64,000 nt of DNA from an uncultured Alteromonas sp. (GTDB lineage Bacteria > Pseudomonadota > Gammaproteobacteria > Enterobacterales > Alteromonadaceae), in the NCBI GenBank assembly GCA_964429915.1, contig CAYSDZ010000008.1, positions 32,210 to 96,209 of the forward strand. The letters run 5' to 3'. How positions within the stretch are numbered: position 1 is the first letter of the stretch; each line of letters starts with the position of its first letter. This document shows, piece by piece, positions 37,930-47,890 of the stretch. The position numbers and the translations under genes are program-made. The notes under the pieces are model-generated. The model made no database searches, was not told where the DNA came from, and worked only from the letters and a program-made list of their open reading frames with translations.

Positions 37930-40900
37930 ATGATATCAAACCAAGCAAGACCTAACAGAAAATTTACTGGCATAGCAGTGGGCGTTGCGCTAGCTATTGC
38001 AGGCGTCAGCAACGCACAAGAACAAAATACTCAAACTGAATCCGTAGATCCATCCGTAGAGGTTATCGAAGTAACCGGCGTTCGTGGAGCATTAGAAGAT
38101 GCATTAGCGGTTAAGCGTAATGCTTCATCCATCGTAGATCATCTTTCAGCCGAAGATATTGGTCAACTCCCAGCTCTAGACTTAGGTGATGCTCTGCAGA
38201 CGATCCCCGGTATTCAATTAAATGCAGATGGCAACGATAGAGCTAGCACAATTAACCTAAGAGGTTTACCCGGTGGCTTTGTATTCGATATGACCAATGG
38301 ATTGCCTTTTGCTGCAACAGGGTTATCCACAGCAGCTCAAGGTGTAAGCAACCCATTTGGTGCGTTTGAAGCTGCCATTTTTAGAGGTGCAACCGTAGTA
38401 AAAGCGCCCACTGCTGACCTTCCGGCAGGTGGTATCGCAGGGTTTATTGATAAAAAATTGCCACGAGCTTTAGATGCAAGGCGCGATAGTGTTCAGCTTA
38501 ACCTAGGCGCTCGCTATGAAGATCTATCAGGTAATGTCGACCCTGAATTTTCGATACGTGCCGACAAAAAACTCATTGAAGACAAGTTGGCAGTTTCTGC
38601 TACTTTTGCCCGCTCTAAGCAGCGTTTTCGCAGAGACAGCATTAACACCACGCGTTTTGAAGCGCTGACCGATGGCCACTTAAGAACATCAGACTTCAAT
38701 CCAAATGGTGAAGGACAGCCTACAGGCGCTCTAGACGCTTATGTTGAGTCGTTACGCGACCAAGGCGTATTTCGAGAAGGCGATGTCGACCCACTCATCC
38801 AATTCCCTAGTGAGTTACGTCAGTTTTCCGAGCAGTCTGATGGTAGCCGTCAATCGTATGCAGTGAATGTTGAATGGAAGCCATTTGAAAACTTTAAAGC
38901 CGGTCTTGATTTTATCGGCACTCGCCGAGAGCTTAACAATAACCAACAGGATGTATTCATTCTCGGTTTTCGTCAGTTTGCAGGTGGTGGTGTAAACCGA
39001 CAAGCAACGGTAAACATTACCCCTACCTCAACACCAATATTTGGCTTTGAAGACGGCCCAGATGGCCGCCCTGTTTACGTATTAACCGGGTTTGATTTTG
39101 ATAATGCACAGTTTTTTCCAGGTAATCGAGACAGAGACAGTTTGGAAGAAACCAACGGAGTAACCCTGAATTTAGATTGGTACAACGATGATTGGACAAT
39201 CAGTTCCAAGTTGCACACATCTTCGTCTGAATCGTCGCGTATCAATGCTCAGTTTGATGCTCGCTTCAACCCTATCAATAATAGTGGCGGAGGCAGAAGA
39301 CCAGCTAACAACAACCGCGAAAGAACCAACGGCATTGAGGGAAGCTTTTTCTCAGGCAATGGCAACATTGAAGATTTAGCCGTAGGCTTGTTAGGTTTTG
39401 ACAGACTCACTTTAGGTGATAATCCAGGCGATATCCAATTTAATCAACCGTTTAGAAACAGCGGAGCAAATGGTGGTTTGGGGCGAAATGACAGCAACGA
39501 CGACACCATCCACGAGCAAATTAATCGTCAGCTTGACGTAACCAGTGTAAACGCAGCTAGCGTCGACCCTGATAATCCTAACTTAAGATCAGATACTCGT
39601 TTTCTTGTAACAGGAGCGGAAACCTTCCACTTCCGTGATGTCGATACTTTCCGAATCGACTTTGAACGAAACCTCTATATTGGCCCATTGACTTCAGTGA
39701 AATTTGGTTACTACAAAAGCAGAGAGACCTTTGAGAGAGACAATAACCGACATTCGCCTGCGTTTATTGACACCAGCAACATCAGTAACGCCTTATTTAG
39801 AGGGCCAATTTCATCATCTGGCGCTGAGTTCTTCGAAGGCGACACGCCAGGAACCGTTAATGAAAACAACGGTTTCGTAGCCCTTGACGTTGATAGAGTG
39901 GTAGATGCGGTTAGCCCAGGCGTTCAGGATCGTCTTAATTCTGCTATTGAAGAGTTGCGTGCCGCACCCGTTGCACCAGACGGTGAAACACCTACTACGC
40001 CAAATGTTTTAACGGCAGACGAACGCGATCAAATAATCAATACCTTAGAGAATCTTGAACTCACCAGTTTAGGCTTTTTACCACGTATTCGGCCGGGCGA
40101 TATTCTGTCTGAATACTCTTCTGAAGTGGATATTAACGAAGCGTACATTCAGGCTAATTTTGACGGTGACTTAGGCAGTAAGCCATTCAGTGGAAACATT
40201 GGTTTCAGATACGTTGAAACAACGAATAGTAGTACCGGTTTAGAATTAGTGAGTGCAGGTAGAAATGGCTTAACCTTACTAAATGAATATGGTGAAGTGA
40301 CGACCAGTACAACCTTCTCTGATGTATTGCCCTCAGTCAATTTCAAAGTGGATTTGACTGACAATATCGAGTTACGTTCAGCTTACTATGAAGGCATTGT
40401 TAGATTAAACGCAGGTGCTCTATCTCCGGCTGACGTTATTTTGGAAAGCCCAGCCAGTACACGCTTTAGTTTTGAACAGTCTTTGACGAACTTAAATACC
40501 GCATTTTCTGCTGACTCATTTGACTTGTCACTTTCATGGTATAACCGCGAAGGCAGTGTATTCAGCCTTGGTTATTTTAGAAAGGATATTCAGCAGGCTG
40601 AGAGAACGCAAATTTGTCCAACTGGTTTCGATGAAAACGGCATCGCCAATGCAGCACCTTTCGGGATCGGCGAAGTATTTATCGACGGACAGGAAAACCT
40701 GTGTCTTGAAAGAGCGGTAACGCAAAGAACCATTCAGAATGCAGATGGTAGTTTTGAAAATATTGAAGTAAACCGTACCGTTGATATAGAAGTGGCCAGT
40801 GTTGCAGATGAGGTTTCAACTATTGAAGGGTTGGAGCTCATTGTTCAGCAAAACTTCGACTTCTTACCCGGTTTCTGGCAATACTTCGGTGGTCAGTTCA

Positions 40901-41265
40901 ACGCTTCCTTCGTTGATAATACTAGCGGTTTGCCATTACCCGGTATTTCTGACTTCTCGTACAATGCGATATTATTTTATGAAACGCCTAAGTTTAACAC
41001 GCGTATTTTATATAACTTCCGAGATGACTTCTTGTTGCAAAGTATTGGTTCATTTAACGGTACCATCGACAGACAAGTGGCTTCACGGGCGCGCTTAGAT
41101 TTTCAACTTGGGTATCGTTTTACTAACAAGCTTCGCGTGACATTCAGAGCGTTCAATATACTAAATACCCGTTTTGAGGAATTCCAGTCGAATAACCCGG
41201 CATTATTACGCCGTGTTAACCACGACGGAAGAACCTATTCATTACAAGCAAACTATCGATTCTAA
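37930..41265 (+). CDS. TonB-dependent receptor (large, carbohydrate-receptor type)
   Basis: VEVIEVTGVRGAL, AEDIGQLPALDLGDALQTIPGI, C-terminal GRTYSLQANYRF; start at ATG 37930 or GTG 37918. Confidence 0.93.
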   Translation: MISNQARPNRKFTGIAVGVALAIAGVSNAQEQNTQTESVDPSVEVIEVTGVRGALEDALAVKRNASSIVDHLSAEDIGQLPALDLGDALQTIPGIQLNADGNDRASTINLRGLPGGFVFDMTNGLPFAATGLSTAAQGVSNPFGAFEAAIFRGATVVKAPTADLPAGGIAGFIDKKLPRALDARRDSVQLNLGARYEDLSGNVDPEFSIRADKKLIEDKLAVSATFARSKQRFRRDSINTTRFEALTDGHLRTSDFNPNGEGQPTGALDAYVESLRDQGVFREGDVDPLIQFPSELRQFSEQSDGSRQSYAVNVEWKPFENFKAGLDFIGTRRELNNNQQDVFILGFRQFAGGGVNRQATVNITPTSTPIFGFEDGPDGRPVYVLTGFDFDNAQFFPGNRDRDSLEETNGVTLNLDWYNDDWTISSKLHTSSSESSRINAQFDARFNPINNSGGGRRPANNNRERTNGIEGSFFSGNGNIEDLAVGLLGFDRLTLGDNPGDIQFNQPFRNSGANGGLGRNDSNDDTIHEQINRQLDVTSVNAASVDPDNPNLRSDTRFLVTGAETFHFRDVDTFRIDFERNLYIGPLTSVKFGYYKSRETFERDNNRHSPAFIDTSNISNALFRGPISSSGAEFFEGDTPGTVNENNGFVALDVDRVVDAVSPGVQDRLNSAIEELRAAPVAPDGETPTTPNVLTADERDQIINTLENLELTSLGFLPRIRPGDILSEYSSEVDINEAYIQANFDGDLGSKPFSGNIGFRYVETTNSSTGLELVSAGRNGLTLLNEYGEVTTSTTFSDVLPSVNFKVDLTDNIELRSAYYEGIVRLNAGALSPADVILESPASTRFSFEQSLTNLNTAFSADSFDLSLSWYNREGSVFSLGYFRKDIQQAERTQICPTGFDENGIANAAPFGIGEVFIDGQENLCLERAVTQRTIQNADGSFENIEVNRTVDIEVASVADEVSTIEGLELIVQQNFDFLPGFWQYFGGQFNASFVDNTSGLPLPGISDFSYNAILFYETPKFNTRILYNFRDDFLLQSIGSFNGTIDRQVASRARLDFQLGYRFTNKLRVTFRAFNILNTRFEEFQSNNPALLRRVNHDGRTYSLQANYRF

Positions 41266-41286
41266 GTAATCAGTTAGTGTGAAAAT

Positions 41287-41320
41287 AAAAAAGCGTTGCT
41301 GTTTAGCAACGCTTTTTTTT
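41287..41320. terminator. Bidirectional intrinsic terminator
   Basis: AAAAAAGCGTTGCT-gttt-AGCAACGCTTTTTT. Confidence 0.9.
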
Positions 41321-41357
41321 AACTTTTGAATTCAACTTATAAGGTACAAGGGCAACA

Positions 41358-42254
41358 TTAAGAGGGACTTAAATCGGCGTTTTGTGCTAGGTCAATAAAT
41401 TCACCAATATAGGGGATCGCCCGATCTTCCTGTCTGATCCCAATATTGATGTGTTTGTGAATACCATCATTACCAAATCGAAGCGCTTTCACAGGCAATG
41501 ATTGCGAGAATTCATGAATAAGCCACCCAGGCAACGCGCATACGCCGCGTTCGGCAGCAACTAATTGCATCATTATCTCAGTTGTCTCTATTGTTTTGTG
41601 CTCGCGCACCGAACATTTAGCCGGGTTAAGGAACTGCGTAAATATGTCCAATCGTTGTACGTCAACAGGGTAAGAATACAACGTTTCGGCGTTAAGCTGT
41701 GAGGGTATGACGGAATCATGCTCAGCGAGAGAGTGCTGTAAGGCAACGGCAAGCTGATGCTCAAACGCAAAGACAGGAATATACTCAACACCTTTATGCA
41801 TGATTGGATCAGGTGTCACAAGAATATCAATTTCATGATTGATAAGTGCCACTAAGCCCCCAAACTGAAACGCTTGTTTAATGTCGATATCCACACCAAC
41901 CCGTGCGTCTATGTAAGGCTTTATCACGCCTAAAAGCCATTGATAGCAGGGATGACATTCCATACCAATACGCAAGTACCCAGTTTGCCCGCGAGCCATT
42001 TGTTTAAGAACAAGCTCTGTATGAGAAAATTGGGGTAATAGCCGAGTAGCAACATTGAGAATATGTTCACCCATTTGCGTGAGCTGCAAGTTGCGTCCAT
42101 CCTTTTTCCAAACGGGGCCGCCCAATTGACCTTCTAGCTTTTTGATACTATGACTTAATGCTGACTGAGACAAATTTAAGGAATCAGCGGCTTTGGTCAG
42201 CGTGCCGTGTTGTTGAATGGCTACGAGTACTTCTAAATGAAATCGTTCTAGCAT
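41358..42254 (-). CDS. metR: LysR-family regulator MetR
   Basis: LysR HTH (TLTKAADSLNLSQSALSHSIKKLE) and MetR-typical IGMECHPCYQWL; divergent from the methionine synthase genes. Confidence 0.88.
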   Translation of the reverse strand: MLERFHLEVLVAIQQHGTLTKAADSLNLSQSALSHSIKKLEGQLGGPVWKKDGRNLQLTQMGEHILNVATRLLPQFSHTELVLKQMARGQTGYLRIGMECHPCYQWLLGVIKPYIDARVGVDIDIKQAFQFGGLVALINHEIDILVTPDPIMHKGVEYIPVFAFEHQLAVALQHSLAEHDSVIPSQLNAETLYSYPVDVQRLDIFTQFLNPAKCSVREHKTIETTEIMMQLVAAERGVCALPGWLIHEFSQSLPVKALRFGNDGIHKHINIGIRQEDRAIPYIGEFIDLAQNADLSPS

Positions 42255-42307
42255 TTATGCTCACTTATCATGAATTCAAATTACCGAGTTAATAAACATC
42301 ATATTAA

Positions 42308-42320
42308 TGAATTTTATTCA
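42308..42320. promoter_or_regulatory. MetR binding site
   Basis: TGAATTTTATTCA fits TGAA-N5-TTCA in the metR/mesX intergenic region. Confidence 0.7.
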
Positions 42321-42392
42321 TCGTTGTTTGCAAAAATATCATTATTTTTAATCAGATGTTTTGTTTATTATCCTGAATCACAAAAACCAAAT

Positions 42393-42408
42393 AGACGTCT
42401 ATACATCT
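42393..42408. promoter_or_regulatory. Tandem MetJ boxes
   Basis: Perfect AGACGTCT followed in register by ATACATCT (6/8); weaker boxes at 42354 and 42424. Confidence 0.8.
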
Positions 42409-42446
42409 GAAAGTAAGTTGACTAGACGTGGCGAGAAAGAGGATGG

Positions 42447-43427
42447 GTGATGAATCACTACTTTACATTTTCAGTGACAACCACTCGGTTCGATGAACAG
42501 TACGAACCTTCTGCGAACACGAGAACCACGACGAATTTTGCTAATTTAGCACGAGGGTCAAAGCGTAAGGAAAATCTTAAAATTACATCGGATATGATCA
42601 ATAAGCGCTTCAATTCTTTGGCAAATTGGGATAATCAAAGCGGCAACCGTTACGCAGTAACGCTGGATATCGTATCGGTTGATATTGAAATTGCAGGTGC
42701 TGGACAAGGTTTTCCATCGCTTGAAGTACTAAAAACGACAATCACCGATAAGCATACGCAAAAAAGTTTCGAGGGTATTGTTGGCAATAATTTCTCTTCT
42801 TATGTACGCGATTATGACTTTAGCGTAGTGTTGAAAAATCATAACAGAAACCGCGATTCGTTTAGTATTCCTGATGATTTTGGTGAATTACACGGCAACA
42901 TTTTTCAAAGTTTTGTGCAATCCGACGTGTATCAGCAGCATTTTAAGAAGTTACCAGTAATATGTTTAAGTGTGTCGGAAAGTAAACGCTATCATCGAAC
43001 AGGCAACTACCACCCTTTACTTGGTGCAGAATACAAAGCTGAGACCTCTTCTCTCACTGAACAATACTTCAAAAAAATGGGCCTTCAAGTGCGTTATTTT
43101 ATGCCACCAAAGAGTGTCGCTCCGTTGGCTTTTTACTTTTTTGGCGATTTGCTGAACGACTACACTAATCTCGAATTAGTGAGCACTATCAGCACCATGG
43201 AAACCTTTCAAAAGATTTATCGACCAGAAATTTACAACGCAAACACGGTGGCAGGGCAACAGTATCAAGCTAGCTTGAACCAATCTGATCATAAGCGTGT
43301 GCCGGTATTTTACGACAGAGAAGAGCGCAATGAACTGGCTTTACAACAGGGTAAATTTGCTGAGCAATATTTCATCAAACCCTACCAACATATTCTAGAA
43401 CAACTCTCATTTGCTAACGCAAGTTAA
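42447..43427 (+). CDS. mesX: DUF1852 protein (MesX, partner of MesD)
   Basis: TRTTTNFANLARG, GNNFSSYVRDYDFSV, KIYRPEIYNAN; directly upstream of mesD. Confidence 0.88.
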   Translation: MMNHYFTFSVTTTRFDEQYEPSANTRTTTNFANLARGSKRKENLKITSDMINKRFNSLANWDNQSGNRYAVTLDIVSVDIEIAGAGQGFPSLEVLKTTITDKHTQKSFEGIVGNNFSSYVRDYDFSVVLKNHNRNRDSFSIPDDFGELHGNIFQSFVQSDVYQQHFKKLPVICLSVSESKRYHRTGNYHPLLGAEYKAETSSLTEQYFKKMGLQVRYFMPPKSVAPLAFYFFGDLLNDYTNLELVSTISTMETFQKIYRPEIYNANTVAGQQYQASLNQSDHKRVPVFYDREERNELALQQGKFAEQYFIKPYQHILEQLSFANAS

Positions 43428-43454
43428 ACGAACAAGCGGAACGAATTATTGATT

Positions 43455-44513
43455 ATGAAAACTTTACTACCCACCTCTACCGCAGGCAGTTTACCTAAAC
43501 CCACTTGGCTGTGTGAGCCTGAAACCTTATGGTCTGAGTGGAAGCTTAGCGGAGATGAATTGAAACTAGGCAAAAAAGATGCCTTGCGTTTGGCTTTGTA
43601 TGAACAACAGCAAGCAGGCATCGATATAGTCAGCGACGGTGAGCAAACGCGTCAGCATTTTGTGACTACTTTTATTGAGCATTTGAATGGTGTCGATTTT
43701 AATACCCGTAAAACCGTGAAAATTCGTAATCGCTACGACGCAAGCGTACCCACAGTTGTTGGTGAAGTAAGTCGAGAAAAATCGGTTTTTGTAGATGACG
43801 CGGCCTTTTTGCGTCAGCAAACTAACAAGCCAATAAAGTGGGCCTTACCCGGTCCGATGACCATGATAGACACGCTTTATGATGCCCATTATAAAAGCCG
43901 GGAAAAATTGGCGTGGGAATTTGCCAAAATTTTAAATGAGGAAGCCAAAGAACTAGAAGCAGCAGGTGTCGATATTATTCAGTTCGATGAACCAGCCTTT
44001 AATGTGTTTTTTGATGAAGTGAACGATTGGGGCGTCGCTGCGTTGGAGCGAGCAATTGAAGGCTTAAAATGCGAAACTGCGGTACATATTTGCTACGGCT
44101 ACGGCATAAAAGCTAATACCGATTGGAAGGCAACCTTAGGCTCTCAGTGGCGACAGTACGAAGAGGTGTTCCCTCGTTTACAAGCATCTAATATTGATAT
44201 TGTCTCGTTAGAATGCCATAACTCTCGTGTTCCGATAGAGTTAATAGAGCTGATCCGCGGTAAAAAAGTGATGGTTGGTGCTATTGATGTGGCTTCAAAC
44301 ACCATTGAAACTCCCCAAGAGGTCGCCAACACACTAAGAAACGCCTTACGCTACGTTGATGCAGATAAGCTCTATCCTTGCACCAATTGCGGAATGGCGC
44401 CGTTGGCAAGCTCTATTGCCTCCGGTAAACTGCGAGCGTTGGCGGCAGGAGCCAACATTGTCCGCAATGAGATTCTCGATGAGCATAGTACAGGAAATAC
44501 TCACGGTAGGTAA
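43455..44513 (+). CDS. mesD: Folate-independent core methionine synthase MesD
   Basis: About 350 aa with only the MetE catalytic half: TAGSLPKP, DGEQTRQHF, IIQFDEPAF, HICYGYG, PCTNCGMAP. Confidence 0.88.
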   Translation: MKTLLPTSTAGSLPKPTWLCEPETLWSEWKLSGDELKLGKKDALRLALYEQQQAGIDIVSDGEQTRQHFVTTFIEHLNGVDFNTRKTVKIRNRYDASVPTVVGEVSREKSVFVDDAAFLRQQTNKPIKWALPGPMTMIDTLYDAHYKSREKLAWEFAKILNEEAKELEAAGVDIIQFDEPAFNVFFDEVNDWGVAALERAIEGLKCETAVHICYGYGIKANTDWKATLGSQWRQYEEVFPRLQASNIDIVSLECHNSRVPIELIELIRGKKVMVGAIDVASNTIETPQEVANTLRNALRYVDADKLYPCTNCGMAPLASSIASGKLRALAAGANIVRNEILDEHSTGNTHGR

Positions 44514-45198
44514 CATAGATGCCGCGGTAAAACGCACCAATAGAAAGAAAACAGCGGCGATCAAGGTGGAAAAAGGACGGGTATCTATTACGGTACCAAA
44601 GCATTTGAGTGGTGAGCAAATACGCGATTTTTTATCGCGCAAAGAACGATGGATAACGAATAAGCTTGAGCAGCAAGCAGATGCTAGCCATCCTTGGTAC
44701 CAAAACAGCAGGCACTTGCAGTCTGGTGAACACTGTTTTTTACTCGGAAAAACGTTAACACTGGCAGTAACTTCCGGCGAAAATGAATCAGTAGAACTGA
44801 TTGACGATAAGTTGCTGCTTTGCGTAAAACTAGACAAAAATCACACTAGCTATAAAAAAGCATTACTAGGTCTTTGGTATCAAAACTATGCAAAACGCGT
44901 TTTAAACGAAAAAGTAGCGACGTTCAGCACAAGTATTGGTGTGACGCCTAAAGATGTGATTGTTAAGCACTATAAAAGCCGGTGGGGAAGTTGCAGTGCA
45001 AAAGGGAGCATTTATTTTAACTGGAGAATTATTATGGCACCGGAAAGCGTAGTGGATTATGTCGTTGTCCATGAGTTGTGTCATTTGATTCACTTTAACC
45101 ATTCCCCCTCATTTTGGCAGGAAGTAGAACGTCACATGTCTGAATACCGCCAAAGTCAACACTGGTTAAAAACCAATGGTTTTCGCTTGGAGATCTGA
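44479..45198 (+). CDS. M48/YgjP (DUF45, SprT-like) zinc metallopeptidase family protein
   Basis: KSRWGSCS, FNWRII, DYVVVHELCHLIHFNHS; start placed at MSIVQ. Confidence 0.88.
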   Translation: MSIVQEILTVGNIDAAVKRTNRKKTAAIKVEKGRVSITVPKHLSGEQIRDFLSRKERWITNKLEQQADASHPWYQNSRHLQSGEHCFLLGKTLTLAVTSGENESVELIDDKLLLCVKLDKNHTSYKKALLGLWYQNYAKRVLNEKVATFSTSIGVTPKDVIVKHYKSRWGSCSAKGSIYFNWRIIMAPESVVDYVVVHELCHLIHFNHSPSFWQEVERHMSEYRQSQHWLKTNGFRLEI

Positions 45199-45313
45199 CT
45201 GTTGGTTATATTGTAATAAAAAAGTGACCATTTTCTCGTGTTCTCTGGTCTATACTAGATTCTAGCAGTTTCTATTTGCATTAAACCAATAACACCAAAC
45301 ATGGAGGTATCCA

Positions 45314-46177
45314 ATGAGACATATCGTTGTCTTTCTACTTTTTATAGTTAGCCTGTGTAGCCACGCACTTGAAAAGCCTGAATTGGTTCAAGCTGTGCTT
45401 GATCAGTCGAGCCTTAAAACGTCTTTAAATAGCATTCCTAGCCAACTTGCCCAGTTGCCGGCAGCCCTACAAGCACTAGAAGCACCGGAAGAAGCCAAAA
45501 AAGAACAGTTTTTACAGTTTATGGCGCAGTTCTCGCAGAATATAGCGAGTCAGTTTAACGAAGCAGAGGCGTATGACTTTATAACGCAGTATTTTATCGA
45601 GCATGGCGACAAACAGAAGTTAGAAACCACCCTCGAATGGCTGCAAAGTCCAGTAGGTAGAACCATTACTAATAATGAAATTCAAATGCAATTAGGTGGT
45701 TTGGCAGAGATGCAAGCATTCATGGCAAGCTTTTCACCTAGCACGGTTCCAGCAGAAAGAAAGGTATTGTTCAACGAATTGATAGAGGCGACCGACATTG
45801 CTCAGATGATGGCGGGTACGCTGAAAGAGCTCATGCCAACAATGATGAAAAGCATTGGAGAAATGCTAGGGCAAGATGCAGAGGTTATCGAACAGAAAAC
45901 CTCAACATTTATGTCGGGCTTCGATCAACAAATGGCATCTATGCAAGCTGCCATGGGTGAACAAATTAAACAGCAAATGTTTGCCGCCTTTGCGTATCAA
46001 TTTAAAGATATTAGCACTGACGATTTGCGTTTATACAAAGATTATTTTGTCTCTGATGCGGGGCAGCATTTTCTAGCGCTAACGTTTGAAAGTTCTGCCG
46101 ATTACAGTTTAACGTGGTTAGTCGAATTATTGCCAAGTATCGAACGTTCACTTGAGCCTGTTGCGGCGGAACAATAA
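45314..46177 (+). CDS. Exported helical hypothetical protein (DUF2059-like)
   Basis: Signal peptide, RBS GGAGG, WLQSPVGR and YFVSDAGQ repeats typical of this fold. Confidence 0.6.
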   Translation: MRHIVVFLLFIVSLCSHALEKPELVQAVLDQSSLKTSLNSIPSQLAQLPAALQALEAPEEAKKEQFLQFMAQFSQNIASQFNEAEAYDFITQYFIEHGDKQKLETTLEWLQSPVGRTITNNEIQMQLGGLAEMQAFMASFSPSTVPAERKVLFNELIEATDIAQMMAGTLKELMPTMMKSIGEMLGQDAEVIEQKTSTFMSGFDQQMASMQAAMGEQIKQQMFAAFAYQFKDISTDDLRLYKDYFVSDAGQHFLALTFESSADYSLTWLVELLPSIERSLEPVAAEQ

Positions 46178-46208
46178 CGTATTATAACGTGAGGTACGAT
46201 TGAGTATC

Positions 46209-46775
46209 TCACGCTCTGCTTTGAAATTTTCTTTCCTCAACATTAATTTTTATTATCTCGCCCGTAGCAATATATTCTGGCACTTGCACTGTTAAGCCCG
46301 TTGTCAGCTTTGCAGGCTTGGTTCTCGCCGAGGCAGATGCGCCTTTTATTGAAGGGTCGGTCTCGATAATTTCCAGTTCAACACTTTGAGGAAGTTCGAT
46401 CGCAACGGGCACATCACTGACAATCAGTACTTGTATTCCATTGGTGTTTTCATTGAAAAACAATGATTCTTCTGCAAGCCCTTCTTTATTTAGATGGTAA
46501 GGCGTGTAATCTTCGCTATCTAAAAACACGAAATCGTCACCATCCATGTAAGAAAACATAGCAGGACGACGCATCAAATCGGCCATATCAAGCATGTCTG
46601 AATCTTTAAATGATTCGTCGAATTTTGCGCCGCTTACAATATCGTACATTCGCATACGGTAAATGCTGCCTCCGGCACGGCCTTGAGGCACTGAGCGTTC
46701 AATGTCTCTTACCACGCAAGTTTTACCGTTGAAAACGATGGTGGCGTTCTTTTTTATTTCGCTTGCCTTTGGCAT
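46209..46775 (-). CDS. efpL: Elongation factor P-like protein EfpL (YeiP)
   Basis: MPKASEIKK, loop PQGRAGG with Arg at the tip, [19 protein letters not shown]. Confidence 0.9.
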   Translation of the reverse strand: MPKASEIKKNATIVFNGKTCVVRDIERSVPQGRAGGSIYRMRMYDIVSGAKFDESFKDSDMLDMADLMRRPAMFSYMDGDDFVFLDSEDYTPYHLNKEGLAEESLFFNENTNGIQVLIVSDVPVAIELPQSVELEIIETDPSIKGASASARTKPAKLTTGLTVQVPEYIATGEIIKINVEERKFQSRA

Positions 46776-46815
46776 ATTGTTTCCTAATGAAGTACCTAAA
46801 ATATGAAACTTTCGG

Positions 46816-47169
46816 TTACGCTTTCGATGTAAGTGGACTTTTTGCGAGTATAACGCCATCTACGCCTTTTTCGCTATTCATAAAATGACGAATATTTTGA
46901 TGCGATTCTGCCTCGGGACGAATCACTACGTCCTTGAAATAATGCTCAGCAAAAAGTGCCAAGGTCTGATCCTTCGTTAAGCCGTGTAATTTTGCAAATG
47001 CGAATATTTTGCACGAACCTAAGTTTGTTCCCTCAGGATTGTCTAGGCCGTTATTATGAAACGATACCGCTTCAAAATGATAGTGTGTATCAATACAAGC
47101 GATGATGTCTTTAAAATGTAGGCTTTCAGGCGAATTGTTAACAATATCCAGTAATGTATTTTCATTCAT
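46816..47169 (-). CDS. HopJ-family (PF08888-like) small protein
   Basis: [42 protein letters not shown]. Confidence 0.85.
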   Translation of the reverse strand: MNENTLLDIVNNSPESLHFKDIIACIDTHYHFEAVSFHNNGLDNPEGTNLGSCKIFAFAKLHGLTKDQTLALFAEHYFKDVVIRPEAESHQNIRHFMNSEKGVDGVILAKSPLTSKA

Positions 47170-47189
47170 GGCTCTTTACTCTTTACCCT

Positions 47190-47807
47190 TTACTGGGGCC
47201 TTAGTATTTCAAAATGGTTATCTGGTGTAATTGAAAAGTAGTCTCCTTTACCCCCTCCACGCATTACGGGTTGGCCTTTTACGGTTTGATACACGCCATT
47301 CTCAATAAGAGAGCCTGAAATGTGTACACCGACAACTTCTCCCATTATGAACCAACTGTTTACTGCGTCTCCTTTTGCTGTTTTTAACTGCACGACATCG
47401 GTCAGTTTACATTCCATGCTTACTAAACTTTGCTTAACTCTGGGTACACTGATTATTTTACTTTGCTCTGTATCGAGTTTAGCAAGCGTAAATTCATTTT
47501 CATCGGCAGGAATAGGCTTGCTTGTTTGATTCATTGCATCGACAAGCGAAGCTGATACCAAATTCCAACAAAACTCCTGTGTTTCCTGAACGTTTCTAAG
47601 TGAATCTTTTGCTCCTACACTGGAAAAACCCAACATGGGAGGCGTGTAATTCAGTGCGTTGAAAAAGCTATAGGGGGCTAAATTCAGCACGCCTGACGAC
47701 GATTGCGTTGAAATCCAACCAATAGGCCGAGGTGCGATAATGGCATTAAACGGATCGTGCGCTAAACCATGACCTTTTGCAGGTTCATAAAAATGTATAT
47801 CGGCCAA
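47190..47807 (-). CDS. Flavin reductase family protein (DIM6/NTAB)
   Basis: IIAPRPIGWIST, NLAPYSFFN, KDSLRNVQETQEFCWN. Confidence 0.9.
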   Translation of the reverse strand: MADIHFYEPAKGHGLAHDPFNAIIAPRPIGWISTQSSSGVLNLAPYSFFNALNYTPPMLGFSSVGAKDSLRNVQETQEFCWNLVSASLVDAMNQTSKPIPADENEFTLAKLDTEQSKIISVPRVKQSLVSMECKLTDVVQLKTAKGDAVNSWFIMGEVVGVHISGSLIENGVYQTVKGQPVMRGGGKGDYFSITPDNHFEILRPQ

Positions 47808-47890
47808 GGCGGCTTCCTAAAAGGTTTCTTCATTTAAGCATACCTCATCACGTCCTCGCTGAACAATAATTGAGGTATGCTGTGCTGCAG

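Noticed and set aside
44356-44478. N-terminal extension of the M48 ORF
   Set aside because: It lies inside mesD in another frame and does not look like M48 sequence
46816-47169. Type III secretion effector
   Set aside because: HopJ-family proteins are common in non-pathogenic marine bacteria and no T3SS genes are present
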